DNA of 64,000 nucleotides from Candidatus Latescibacterota bacterium (GTDB lineage Bacteria; Latescibacterota; UBA2968; UBA8231). How positions within the stretch are numbered: position 1 is the stretch's first letter; each line of letters begins with the position of its first letter. Under the pieces are notes generated by a model. The model was not told the origin of the DNA. It did no database searches and saw nothing but the letters and a program-made list of their open reading frames with translations. The position numbers and the translations under genes were made by a program. The stretch lies in contig CBDAOB010000005.1 of the NCBI GenBank assembly GCA_965197905.1, positions 588,176-652,175 on the forward strand, in the 5' to 3' direction. Shown one piece after another: positions 19,808 to 29,025 of the stretch.

Positions 19808-20779
19808 CTATGCCTTCGACATGACCTCGGGGTTTACCAGGAACTCGGGCTGTTCGCCGCGGAAAATAGCGGCCATATCGCGGGCCATGGAGCCGAAGAT
19901 GTTTTCGGTGGAGCGAAACGTGACGCCGAGCGAGTGGGGTGCGGTCAGACACTTGGCGCGCTGAAAGATCGGGTGGCTGACATCGGGCGGCTCAGGCGAA
20001 AAAACGTCGAGACCCACGCCCGCGAGACGACCATCCGCCATCGCCTCCTCCAGCAGATCGAGGCTTTCAATCAACTCGCCCCTTGCCATATTCACCAAAT
20101 AACAGTCCTGCCTAAGAAGGCCGAGCAATTTGCCGTTGATCAATCCCTTGGTTTCATCCGTAACGACGGCGTGAACGCTGATGAAGTCGGATCGCTCGAA
20201 CAGCTGCTCGAGAGACACCAGCGCTGTTTCCAATTCCTCAGCCACCTTTGATTCCACATACGGGTCGTGGGCCAGAATGGTGCACTGAAACGGCTGGAGC
20301 ATCGTTGCCAGCAATTGGCCGATGCGGCCGAAGCCAACGATGCCTACCGTAGCGCCGTCTAGATCGCGGGTTCTGGTTTCGAATCTACTGTGCCAGTTGC
20401 CCGCTTTCAGCTGACCATCCCAGTAGGAAAGATCCTTACACAGGGCCAGCATCAAGGACATGGCGCCTTCCGCCACCGCGCGCGCCCCAGCCCCTGGAGT
20501 GAACACCACCGGGATGTTCTTGGCGGTGGCGGCGGCGATATCGATGTTGTTGTACCCCACGCCGCAGCGAGCGATGACCCGCAGTTTCTTGCCGGCCTCG
20601 ATTACCCGTGCACTGCCGACCCCTTCGCCACGGACCACGAGGGCCATAGCGTCCTCGACCTGTTCGATCAGGGTTTCCTCCGCGAAATCGGGAGCTATGA
20701 CGATCTCCCCGTACTCCTCGAGGATTCGGATCGCCAGGTCGGCTATGGGGCCGGTGGCGAGAATCTTTTCTTTAGACAT
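19808..20779 (-). CDS. D-isomer-specific 2-hydroxyacid dehydrogenase (PGDH/glyoxylate-reductase-like)
   Basis: Start 'MSKEKILATGPI' with SD 'GGGAGAA'. 'VGIVGFGRIGQLLA' is the NAD-binding motif; 'MARGELIESLDLLEA' and 'GLDVFSPEP' are family signatures. Confidence 0.8.
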   Translation of the reverse strand: MSKEKILATGPIADLAIRILEEYGEIVIAPDFAEETLIEQVEDAMALVVRGEGVGSARVIEAGKKLRVIARCGVGYNNIDIAAATAKNIPVVFTPGAGARAVAEGAMSLMLALCKDLSYWDGQLKAGNWHSRFETRTRDLDGATVGIVGFGRIGQLLATMLQPFQCTILAHDPYVESKVAEELETALVSLEQLFERSDFISVHAVVTDETKGLINGKLLGLLRQDCYLVNMARGELIESLDLLEEAMADGRLAGVGLDVFSPEPPDVSHPIFQRAKCLTAPHSLGVTFRSTENIFGSMARDMAAIFRGEQPEFLVNPEVMSKA

Positions 20780-20961
20780 CGTGGCCAATTCTCCCATGGT
20801 CTCGAACGAACAGCGGGCTAATCTAGGCTTGTGAGCAAGGAGGGTCAACCAATGCTCTGCGCAGGCTGGCTCAAGATGTGATCGTGAGAGATGAAGCTGG
20901 AAAGGTTGTTGGGAAACGCCGGCTGAACAATATTAGTCCAACGCATTTCAGAGTGTGAAAG

Positions 20962-21924
20962 ATGACTTCCTTTAACGAATCCGCCAAAAAAACCAGGGCC
21001 TGGCTCGAGGCGAACTTCGACCCGGACGGTAGCTGCCGCATCAATCCCGAGGACGCCCGGTACTACATGAAAACCCCGTATATGATGACCATGGCGGGTA
21101 TGCGCGAGAGAGGAGCACGGGTCGCCCAACAGGTGATGACACGGTTCGTCGGAGATGTCGGCGACTTGGTCTCCTCGGCGCCCCTGGAAAATCGAATCTA
21201 CGCCATGGGCTGGCTCGTACTGGGTGCGGTGGTTGCTGAGCGCTTTGATCTGGCACATGTCCTGGCTGATCGGCTCGAGCATTATCAGGACCGCCAAAGC
21301 GGGGGAATCGTGCTGCAGGATGAGGATGCGGGTGAGGAGGTGGCGGAGGTCTGTTTCTCAGGGGGCGCCGGCATGGCGCTTGCGGCCGCGGGGCGCCTCG
21401 AAGCAGCGCGAAGGATGGCCAACACCTTCGAAGCGCTTATCGTCGTGCAAGGCGCGGCGGGTTGCTTTTACAACCGCTTCCGGCGGGACGGATCTGTGGT
21501 GTTGCGAAAAGCGGGGGGCGAGTGGGAGAAGGCGTATGATTTACAGCAGGACGAACAGCGTCCCGCCAATTTTGCCACGGTGATCAACACATTGGTGTGG
21601 ACAGCGCGAGCTCTGCGCGAGGAAGGTTATTTGCGAGCAGCTCGGAAATATGTTGATCTGGTATATCGGCACCGGCGGAATCCGGCACAGTTTGGGCGCG
21701 CCACCAAGTTCGGCTGGTCCATCTTGAATCTATATGCGGAGACCGGCGACACCGATCTGCTGGAGCGCGCCCGTGAGCTGGGGGAAGTATTGGTGGCAAA
21801 ACAGAGCCACGACGGGCTCTGGAACCCCCAGCCGGGAAACGTGGAGGACGCTCCCGCCTGGGCGCGACTGTCCTATTCCTCTGACTGTGCCATGACCATC
21901 TTTGCCCTAGCGAACCTAAGCTAA
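20962..21924 (+). CDS. Hypothetical protein (alpha/alpha-toroid-like, unknown function)
   Basis: 320-aa ORF with no internal stops and typical high-GC codon usage; I recognise no diagnostic motif. Confidence 0.45.
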   Translation: MTSFNESAKKTRAWLEANFDPDGSCRINPEDARYYMKTPYMMTMAGMRERGARVAQQVMTRFVGDVGDLVSSAPLENRIYAMGWLVLGAVVAERFDLAHVLADRLEHYQDRQSGGIVLQDEDAGEEVAEVCFSGGAGMALAAAGRLEAARRMANTFEALIVVQGAAGCFYNRFRRDGSVVLRKAGGEWEKAYDLQQDEQRPANFATVINTLVWTARALREEGYLRAARKYVDLVYRHRRNPAQFGRATKFGWSILNLYAETGDTDLLERARELGEVLVAKQSHDGLWNPQPGNVEDAPAWARLSYSSDCAMTIFALANLS

Positions 21925-21945
21925 TAGCCAACAGAAAGGGTTGAA

Positions 21946-22704
21946 ATGACCGAAGATATGGACCCCAGGCGCCATCTGGAACTGGAAGGTACCGTAAATA
22001 CGAGGGATGTGGGTGGGTACGAAACTCGCGATGGCCGGCATACCAAATGGGGTGTCCTTCTGCGCTCCGATTCGCTGCACGAACTGTCGCCGGCCTCCAA
22101 GCAAGTGCTGGTGGATTTCGGATTGAAATCGGTGTTGGACCTCAGGAAGAGTGCCGAGATGCAGAAAACGCGGAACGTGTTCTTCGGCTCTGACACGGTC
22201 GATTACTATCACCAGAACATGGTAGGCGACACTCTCATGCGGGAACGGGAGCATATCCCAGAGGAGCTGGATTACGTCGAGCATATGCGGTGGTCCTACT
22301 CGGTGGTGCTCGATCGCCGCAGATCCCACATACAGGATACCCTCTCACTGTTGGCGCGTCCGGGGACATTGCCCGCACTGGTTCACTGTGCCGGTGGCAC
22401 CGAACGCACCGGTCTGATCGTCGGGCTGGTTCTGGGCATCGTAGGAGTTCCCGAAGAGACCATCACGGAGGATTTCGCGCTGACCGCACGATTCACCTAT
22501 GCCAACTACCTGGAGAAACATCCCGAGCTATCGGCCGACAGCTACACGCTGGAAGATCATCAAGCGAAAATATGCCGGCCCGACACCATGCTGGCCGTGC
22601 TCAGGACGCTGGAAGAGCGTTATTGCAGCGTTGTCGGGTTTGCCCGCCATATCGGTGTGAGCGAAGAGGAGATGGAGGCCCTGCGGGACGCTCTCCTGGA
22701 GTAG
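21946..22704 (+). CDS. Protein-tyrosine phosphatase family (PF13350-like)
   Basis: 'LVHCAGGTERTG' matches the CX5R P-loop (HCxxGxxRTG) of tyrosine/dual-specificity phosphatases. Confidence 0.7.
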   Translation: MTEDMDPRRHLELEGTVNTRDVGGYETRDGRHTKWGVLLRSDSLHELSPASKQVLVDFGLKSVLDLRKSAEMQKTRNVFFGSDTVDYYHQNMVGDTLMREREHIPEELDYVEHMRWSYSVVLDRRRSHIQDTLSLLARPGTLPALVHCAGGTERTGLIVGLVLGIVGVPEETITEDFALTARFTYANYLEKHPELSADSYTLEDHQAKICRPDTMLAVLRTLEERYCSVVGFARHIGVSEEEMEALRDALLE

Positions 22705-22798
22705 TGCCTCGCTAACGCAATAACATCACGCGCATTGTCGCCCCGCACCAGGTCGCGGAGAAGCAGAGTTCGCTGAACCTTCCTCGACTACGGTCCCC

Positions 22799-24967
22799 TT
22801 GCCCATTCACTCTGAAGACCTTGGTTTTGCACCTCCTCACCGGCCCACAAAGGTGTTCGGACTGCATGGATATCTTTCCCATGCCAGCGTGTCACGGGGA
22901 CATCAGCTGGAGATACATGCGAGCAACGATGGCCCACTACACCTTCAGCTGCTCCGACTTGGGGTCGGCAAGGTGAACCGGCAGGCCGACGCGATTTCAT
23001 CGACGGTCCCCATATCCGACCTGGGTCGCGTCGACTGCGACGAGCGGCCTGTTCATTGCGGAAGTTATGTCCATGTAGCCGACGTGTCCGTTCCTACTGT
23101 GTTCGGGTTGGAGGTCTGGTTTCGACAGCTGGCTCACCGGGGATGTGCGGGGCTCATCTCCCACGATCGTTTTGCGTTGTCGCTCGGTGCGGAAGGCAGG
23201 CTCGAATTTCGCCTCGGTGAAGCGGCCATCAGGGCGCCGGATGCCCCCTCCTTGAAGATCTGGCATCACGCCTGGACCCAATGCAACGCAGACAAGATCG
23301 AATTATTTCTGGATGGCGACCTCGTGGGCAGTGCGAGCATCCAGAGTGGATCAGAGGGAGCCGGCGGCAGGGAGGGGACGCTCCGCATGGGTGCCTTGCT
23401 CAACGACAACAACGAGGCAGATCATCTGCTCACCGGTGATCTCTGTGCGCCAGCAGTCTACGACCGGGTGTTCAGTGCAGAGGAAATACGGCATCGCTTT
23501 CGCACCAAAGAGCTGGAGCCCGCTTCCGGTTGCATCGGCCACTGGAAGTTCGATGGCCTGCACGGTCCGCCGTTCCGCGATACCTCTGGCTCGGGGCGGC
23601 ACGGCCAAGGTGTCAACTATCCGCTGCGCATGATACCGGGGCCAGGACTGCAAGAGGAACAACCCTGGGCGGAGTTCGATCCGACATCCGACCCGAACCA
23701 TGGCCACGCCGTGCGCCTGATGGCGGATCAGCTGGTGGACTGCCGCTGGCCCCAGGTCCTGACCTGGACGGTTCCGGACGATCTGCCTCAAGGCCAGTAT
23801 GCCATGCGGCTTGAGAATGAAGGCGGAGACTCGAGAGACCTCCCGTTCATCGTGAGGGCAGCGAAACCTGCTGCCACGCTTATGGTTCTGTCGACGACGG
23901 GCACGCGTGTGGCCTACAACTACATGCCGTTTGGTGATCCGGAATTGGACTACGGCGCATATCTGAATCATCCCAGCTATCCGATCCTTGGGCATCTGCT
24001 CGGTCAACGGCGACCCGCTCGGGGCGACCCCTATTTCTACCAGGTGGTCAATTTCGAGCTTCCCTTGTGCGCCTGGTTGGATCAGCATCGTATACCGTAC
24101 GACCTGTATAGCGAGTGGGACCTGGAGTCGGATCCATCGCTGTTGGTTCATTATGCTGCGGTGGCGTGGGCGGGTCACTGTGAGTACTGGACGGCCACAC
24201 GGTATGAGGGGTTGTGTCGCTTTCGCGATCGGGGCGGTCACATCTTGTCGCTCTCTGGAAATACCTGCTTCTGGCGGGTCAGTATCGATCTCGAGAACGA
24301 GGTCATGGAGGTCCGCAAGCACGGTGCCGAGCAGGCCCGAGATAGCTGCATAACCGTAGATGCCATGGTAGACAACTCCCATTGGCACCAGATGGATCAC
24401 CAGCCGGGCACCCTGATGCAGGCATCGGGTTGGCCCCAGTACCGGTTGGGCCTGGGCATGACCAATGGTTGGTCAGTTCCCTGTCGCATCGACGGCGATA
24501 GCGCCGGCTACGAGGTGCTGGAGCCGGAGCACCCCTTGTTTCGCGATCCCCACGAGGTGTCGGTCGAGACTCCGTTTGCCCCCGGCGGCGCCGGTTACGA
24601 GACCGATGTCAGCTACCGGTCAATGGTAGACCGATTCGGCGAGGCTCAGAACCCGGTCCGATCGCCCCGACCGTCGCGGTCTGATGCGAGCACGGAGGGC
24701 GCAGCGAAAAACAGCGGCGCCGTACTCGCGCGGGCGCGCCTCCAGGACGCTCTTGTCCTGGACCTCGACATGAACAGCACCATCGGCGAGCTGTGGTCCG
24801 AGATGCAATTCGGAGAATCGGAAACTGGAGGCATCACTTTCGCCGCCGGCAGCTGCATGGCGGCGCTGGTCCTTCTGGAGGATCGGAACTTCTCCAATTT
24901 CATGCTCAATGTTCTGCATCGAATGGGCTTGAACGAAAGTCGCACGAGCGGAGCTGCCGCAAGTTGA
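22799..24967 (+). CDS. Large LamG-like / N,N-dimethylformamidase-beta-subunit-like (DUF6605-like) protein
   Basis: 722 aa. The N-terminal half has a concanavalin/LamG-like pattern. The central region ('LMVLSTTGTRVAYNYMPFGDPELDYGAYLNHP...YDLYSEWDLE...AWAGHCEYWTATRYEGL...GGHILSLSGNTCFWRVSI') resembles the DMFase large-subunit family. The stop lies 2 nt before the start of membrane paralog 2. Confidence 0.45.
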   Translation: MPIHSEDLGFAPPHRPTKVFGLHGYLSHASVSRGHQLEIHASNDGPLHLQLLRLGVGKVNRQADAISSTVPISDLGRVDCDERPVHCGSYVHVADVSVPTVFGLEVWFRQLAHRGCAGLISHDRFALSLGAEGRLEFRLGEAAIRAPDAPSLKIWHHAWTQCNADKIELFLDGDLVGSASIQSGSEGAGGREGTLRMGALLNDNNEADHLLTGDLCAPAVYDRVFSAEEIRHRFRTKELEPASGCIGHWKFDGLHGPPFRDTSGSGRHGQGVNYPLRMIPGPGLQEEQPWAEFDPTSDPNHGHAVRLMADQLVDCRWPQVLTWTVPDDLPQGQYAMRLENEGGDSRDLPFIVRAAKPAATLMVLSTTGTRVAYNYMPFGDPELDYGAYLNHPSYPILGHLLGQRRPARGDPYFYQVVNFELPLCAWLDQHRIPYDLYSEWDLESDPSLLVHYAAVAWAGHCEYWTATRYEGLCRFRDRGGHILSLSGNTCFWRVSIDLENEVMEVRKHGAEQARDSCITVDAMVDNSHWHQMDHQPGTLMQASGWPQYRLGLGMTNGWSVPCRIDGDSAGYEVLEPEHPLFRDPHEVSVETPFAPGGAGYETDVSYRSMVDRFGEAQNPVRSPRPSRSDASTEGAAKNSGAVLARARLQDALVLDLDMNSTIGELWSEMQFGESETGGITFAAGSCMAALVLLEDRNFSNFMLNVLHRMGLNESRTSGAAAS

Positions 24968-24969
24968 GC

Positions 24970-26916
24970 ATGGACCCACACAAGTCGGCAGTGCAGCCCC
25001 GGATTACCCTGAGGGCGCTCCTTCTTGGAGCCCTCACCATAGGTCTCACGTTCTATTACGCTATCACGGAAGTACAGGGGCAGGGGGTCGGCGGTTTCGT
25101 GCTGTCGCAGATGCCGATTCTCGTGCTCGTGCCTTTCTTCACCTGGCTGTTCCTGAACGTGGCCCTCAAATGGCTGTGGCCTGCCATAGCTCTCAGAAGA
25201 GATGAGCTGCTGACGATCTTCTGCATGCTTTGGGTGGTCGGCACCGTCCCCCACATAGGATGGAGTGGCTATTGGGTGATCGTGCTAGCGATTCCCACCT
25301 ATTTTGCTTCCGCGGAGAATCAGTGGGCCGAGGTGTTCTTTGACCTGATGCCGTGGCACCTTTTTCCGGAGTCCTCGGCGAGAGTCATAGACGGGGTCTG
25401 GCAGGGGCTGCCACAAGGGGCGGAGATTCCGTGGGAGGGGTGGTTGGGGCCGATTGCGCAGTGGCTCGGGGTCTCTATGGGGCTGGTGGTGTTCGGGTTT
25501 TGTCTCGTTGCCGTCTTCCAGCGTCAGTGGGAGGCAAGAGAGAAACTCACCTTTCCTCTGGCGCAGCTGCCGCTAGATCTCACCGCCGGATTCGATTCCA
25601 GCCGTCGACTACCCGACATCTTTCGATCGAGGTTATTCTGGATCGGTTTTTTTCTGGTTTTCGGCGTCGTGGTGTACAACGTCGCTACCTATTTCTCTCC
25701 TGGAATAAGACCTATGGGGATCTACTGGGAGATGTACGAAATCGAGTTCCCAGAGCCGTATCCCTCCATCCGCGTGCGTATCATGCCTCTGATCATGGCG
25801 GTGACCTATCTCTGTCCGTTGGATATCCTCGGCAGCATGGTGCTCTTTCACCTCCTGGCCAAGGGCAAGATGGGTGTCATAGACCGGCTAGGCTTGAGTT
25901 TTGGAGAAGAGGGCCGAACCCTGACATCCAATACGGTGCTGCACCTGGAGAGTTATGGGGCCATGATCTTTATCGGCTTGTGGTCCGTCTGGCTGGCCCG
26001 TGGCCACTTGCGCCGCGTTTGGCAACAGGTGCGTCTGGGCTCCGGCGATCGGGCCGATGTGCGCCTCTACCGCCTCGCCGTTGGCGGATTGCTGCTGTCA
26101 GCCCTCTACGTGGTGAGCTGGCTGATAATGTTGGGCATGAGTCCACAGCTGGCGGTATTGGTTTTCCTGGTTACGGTTTTGACCTATCTGGTCATCGTCA
26201 AGCTGATCGCCGCCACCGGGTGCGCTTACCTGCTCACCGATTGGGGGCATGTGAAGGCAGAGTCGTTTGTGCACCATCTGCTGGGTACCGAGCGCCTGTC
26301 GCCACAGGACATCGTCGGTTTCGGGATTTATACGAGCCGCAGTTTTTTTGGTAATCTGCGCATACCGGCGTGGCCATCCCTGCCCCACGTGTTGCGAATA
26401 TTTCCGCTGCGAGATCAGCCAGGTTGGGTTACAGCGCTCATTTTCTTGGCTTTTCCAGTCGGTTTTCTGACAGCGGTGGGGGCTACCCTCGAGATGGGGT
26501 ATGTCAGGGGCGGGCTGGTGTCCAGCGCCGGCGGCGCCATCGGCGAATACGACCAGATTGCCCGCTTGATTCAAAACCCGACCGCAACCGATCCGGACCG
26601 TTGGGGCGTTTTTTCGTTTGGTCTGCTCGAAGCGGCCTGTCTGGCGTTTCTCCGCGGACATTTCCACTGGTTCCCGCTGCATCCGGTTGGCGTCGCGTTC
26701 CAGAACACGATCGTTTCCTCCCGCTACTGGTTCTCGCTCTTCCTGGTCTGGCTGGTAAAGCTGATGCTGCTGCGCTACGGCGGAGTCCGCGCCTACCTCA
26801 CCGCCAAACCGTTTTTCTACGGTCTCGGAGTGGGGTATGTTTCCGGCGTCATCCTTTCGGTCACCGTGGATCTGATCTGGTTCCCCGGCGGCGGTCATCT
26901 CATCCACAACTGGTAA
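24970..26916 (+). CDS. Large polytopic membrane protein, paralog 2 of the uncharacterised 4-member family
   Basis: Start at ATG 24970 ('MDPHKSAVQPRITLRALLLGALTIG...'). It shares all conserved blocks with 6329..8332, 27083..29020 and 29026..30972: 'ELLTIFCMLWVVG', 'NQWAEVFFDLMPWH', 'EKLTFPLAQLPLDLTAG', 'YLCPLDILGS', 'LESYGA', 'WSVWLARGHLRRVW', 'VKLIAATG', 'FGNLRIPAWP', 'HWFPLHPVGVAFQ', 'LLRYGGVRAY..KPFFYGLGVGYV'. Confidence 0.75.
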   Translation: MDPHKSAVQPRITLRALLLGALTIGLTFYYAITEVQGQGVGGFVLSQMPILVLVPFFTWLFLNVALKWLWPAIALRRDELLTIFCMLWVVGTVPHIGWSGYWVIVLAIPTYFASAENQWAEVFFDLMPWHLFPESSARVIDGVWQGLPQGAEIPWEGWLGPIAQWLGVSMGLVVFGFCLVAVFQRQWEAREKLTFPLAQLPLDLTAGFDSSRRLPDIFRSRLFWIGFFLVFGVVVYNVATYFSPGIRPMGIYWEMYEIEFPEPYPSIRVRIMPLIMAVTYLCPLDILGSMVLFHLLAKGKMGVIDRLGLSFGEEGRTLTSNTVLHLESYGAMIFIGLWSVWLARGHLRRVWQQVRLGSGDRADVRLYRLAVGGLLLSALYVVSWLIMLGMSPQLAVLVFLVTVLTYLVIVKLIAATGCAYLLTDWGHVKAESFVHHLLGTERLSPQDIVGFGIYTSRSFFGNLRIPAWPSLPHVLRIFPLRDQPGWVTALIFLAFPVGFLTAVGATLEMGYVRGGLVSSAGGAIGEYDQIARLIQNPTATDPDRWGVFSFGLLEAACLAFLRGHFHWFPLHPVGVAFQNTIVSSRYWFSLFLVWLVKLMLLRYGGVRAYLTAKPFFYGLGVGYVSGVILSVTVDLIWFPGGGHLIHNW

Positions 26917-27082
26917 GGGCGATCCGGTCGCCTTCACAGACCCGATTTTTTAGATTAACACAGGCTGCTGAGTACCCTGCCCGCGGCCTCATATCCGACC
27001 GCCCATACCGGAGGCTTCACGTTCTGCAGCGATAGGGGCCGCGATTACTTCCGTTCCGCCAAGTTCCCATCCCAATCTCAAG

Positions 27083-29020
27083 TTGGAGACCGACGACACG
27101 CCAGCGATTACCGCCCGAGCGATAATTCTCGGAGCACTAACAGTTGCTGTCGCCCTCTATTATCTGATTACCGAAATCGCCGGACGGGGCATGGGTGGGT
27201 TCGTCGCTTCGCAGTTGCCTATGGTTGCGTGGGTGCCGTTCGTGCTCTGGCTCTTCGCCAACCTCGTGCTGCACCGCATGTGGCCCAGGATTGCGCTTCG
27301 CCGCGGCGAACTGCTCACCATCTTCGCCATGCTCTGGGTTGTGGGCGCGATCCCGCAATGGGGCTGGGTGAGCTACTGGGTCATGTGGCTGGCCGTGCCG
27401 CCCTACTTCGCCTCTCCGGAGAATCAATGGGCAGAGACCTTCTTCGATTACCTCCCCTGGCACGCCTTTCCGGATACCTCCCCGCGGGTGCTGCACGGTC
27501 TCTGGCAGGGGTTGCAGGAGGGGGCGCCGATCCCGTGGGAGGCGTGGATCGGCCACACAGCCAACTGGCTCGGGGTCTCCCTGGCGATGGTGGTCTTCGG
27601 CTTCTGCATGGTCTTGCTGCTGCAGCGCCAATGGGAGGTACACGAGAAGCTCACCTTTCCCCTGGCGCAGCTGCCTCTGGACCTGACCGCCGGATTCGAC
27701 GATAGCGTGGGCGTTCCTCTGATTTTTAGGAAACCGCTGTTCTGGGTCGGCTTCTTCGTCGTGTTCGCTCCCGGTCTCTACAACATCATTACCTATTTTA
27801 CTCCAGGCCTGCCCACGATTGAGCTATATTGGAAGTGGTACACCGCCGAACTGCCCCCAGGTTATCCCGAGCTCTACTTTCGTGTCATGCCGCTGGTCAT
27901 TGCCGTGACCTATCTCTGTCCGCTGGATATTCTCGGAAGCATGGTGGCATTCGCGGCGCTCGCTTTTCTCAAGGGTTCGCTGATGGGCCGGTTCGGCTTC
28001 TCTCTCGGATCCGAGGGGCAGCCGTTGGAGTGGGGCAGAATTCTACATCTGGAAAGCTATGGCGCCATGCTTTTCCTGGGGCTATGGTCGATCTGGCTTG
28101 CCCGTGGTCATCTGCGTCGCGTCTGGAGGCAGGTGCGACACGGTGTGGGAGACCGGGGAGAGGTGGCCCGCTATCGCTGGGCTTACCTCGGCCTGGTGCT
28201 CTCCAGCATCTACGTGATCACCTGGGCCGTGGGTCTGGGCGTCAGCCTGCCGCTGGCGATATGCGTGTTTGTGGTGATGTTTCTCACCTATCTGGTTCTC
28301 ATCAAGCTGATCGCCGCCACCGGCTGCGCCTACCTGCTAACCGACTGGAGCCACATGAAGGCGGAAACCTTCGTACAGGAGCTGATCGGCAACGCCAACC
28401 TGTCGCCGCAGAACTACGTCGCCTTCAAGGTGTTCGTCGGCCGCGCCTTCTTCGGCAATCTGCGCATTCCGACATTGCCGGCCCTGCCCCACGTCTTCCG
28501 CATTTTCTCGTTGAATCGGCAGCCAGGGTGGGTAACAACCCTCGTTTTTGTCGCCTTCCCGCTGGGGTTCGTGGTGTCGGTCATAGCAACCTTGGAGCTG
28601 GGTTACACCCGGGGAGAGCTGATCTTCGAATCAAGGGGGGTCATCGGCAACGTCAACTACATCTTCGTCTATCTCGACAATCCGACCGAGCTGGATCTGC
28701 ACCGCTGGGCAGTCTGGTTCCTCGGGTTCTTCGAGGCCGCGGCGCTCGCATTTCTGCGCTCGAGGTACTATTGGTTTCCGTTGCACCCGGTCGGCCTGGC
28801 GTTTCAATGGACGATTGTCGCCATCGTCTACTGGAGCACGTTGATGCTCGTCTGGCTGGCCAAGCTAGTCATCCTTCGTTTCGGCGGCGTGCGCGCCTAC
28901 CTCGCTGGCAAGCCGTTCTTCTACGGGCTGGGAATCGGCTACGTGGTTACGGTCATTGTCTCGGTGACCGTGGACCTGATCTGGTTTCCCGTCGCCGGTC
29001 ACAGGATACACGGCTGGTAA
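27083..29020 (+). CDS. Large polytopic membrane protein, paralog 3
   Basis: 645 aa, 'METDDTPAITARAIILGALTV...'. It has the same motif set. It is separated from paralog 2 by 166 nt and from paralog 4 by 5 nt. Confidence 0.75.
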   Translation: METDDTPAITARAIILGALTVAVALYYLITEIAGRGMGGFVASQLPMVAWVPFVLWLFANLVLHRMWPRIALRRGELLTIFAMLWVVGAIPQWGWVSYWVMWLAVPPYFASPENQWAETFFDYLPWHAFPDTSPRVLHGLWQGLQEGAPIPWEAWIGHTANWLGVSLAMVVFGFCMVLLLQRQWEVHEKLTFPLAQLPLDLTAGFDDSVGVPLIFRKPLFWVGFFVVFAPGLYNIITYFTPGLPTIELYWKWYTAELPPGYPELYFRVMPLVIAVTYLCPLDILGSMVAFAALAFLKGSLMGRFGFSLGSEGQPLEWGRILHLESYGAMLFLGLWSIWLARGHLRRVWRQVRHGVGDRGEVARYRWAYLGLVLSSIYVITWAVGLGVSLPLAICVFVVMFLTYLVLIKLIAATGCAYLLTDWSHMKAETFVQELIGNANLSPQNYVAFKVFVGRAFFGNLRIPTLPALPHVFRIFSLNRQPGWVTTLVFVAFPLGFVVSVIATLELGYTRGELIFESRGVIGNVNYIFVYLDNPTELDLHRWAVWFLGFFEAAALAFLRSRYYWFPLHPVGLAFQWTIVAIVYWSTLMLVWLAKLVILRFGGVRAYLAGKPFFYGLGIGYVVTVIVSVTVDLIWFPVAGHRIHGW

Positions 29021-29025
29021 CGCGG

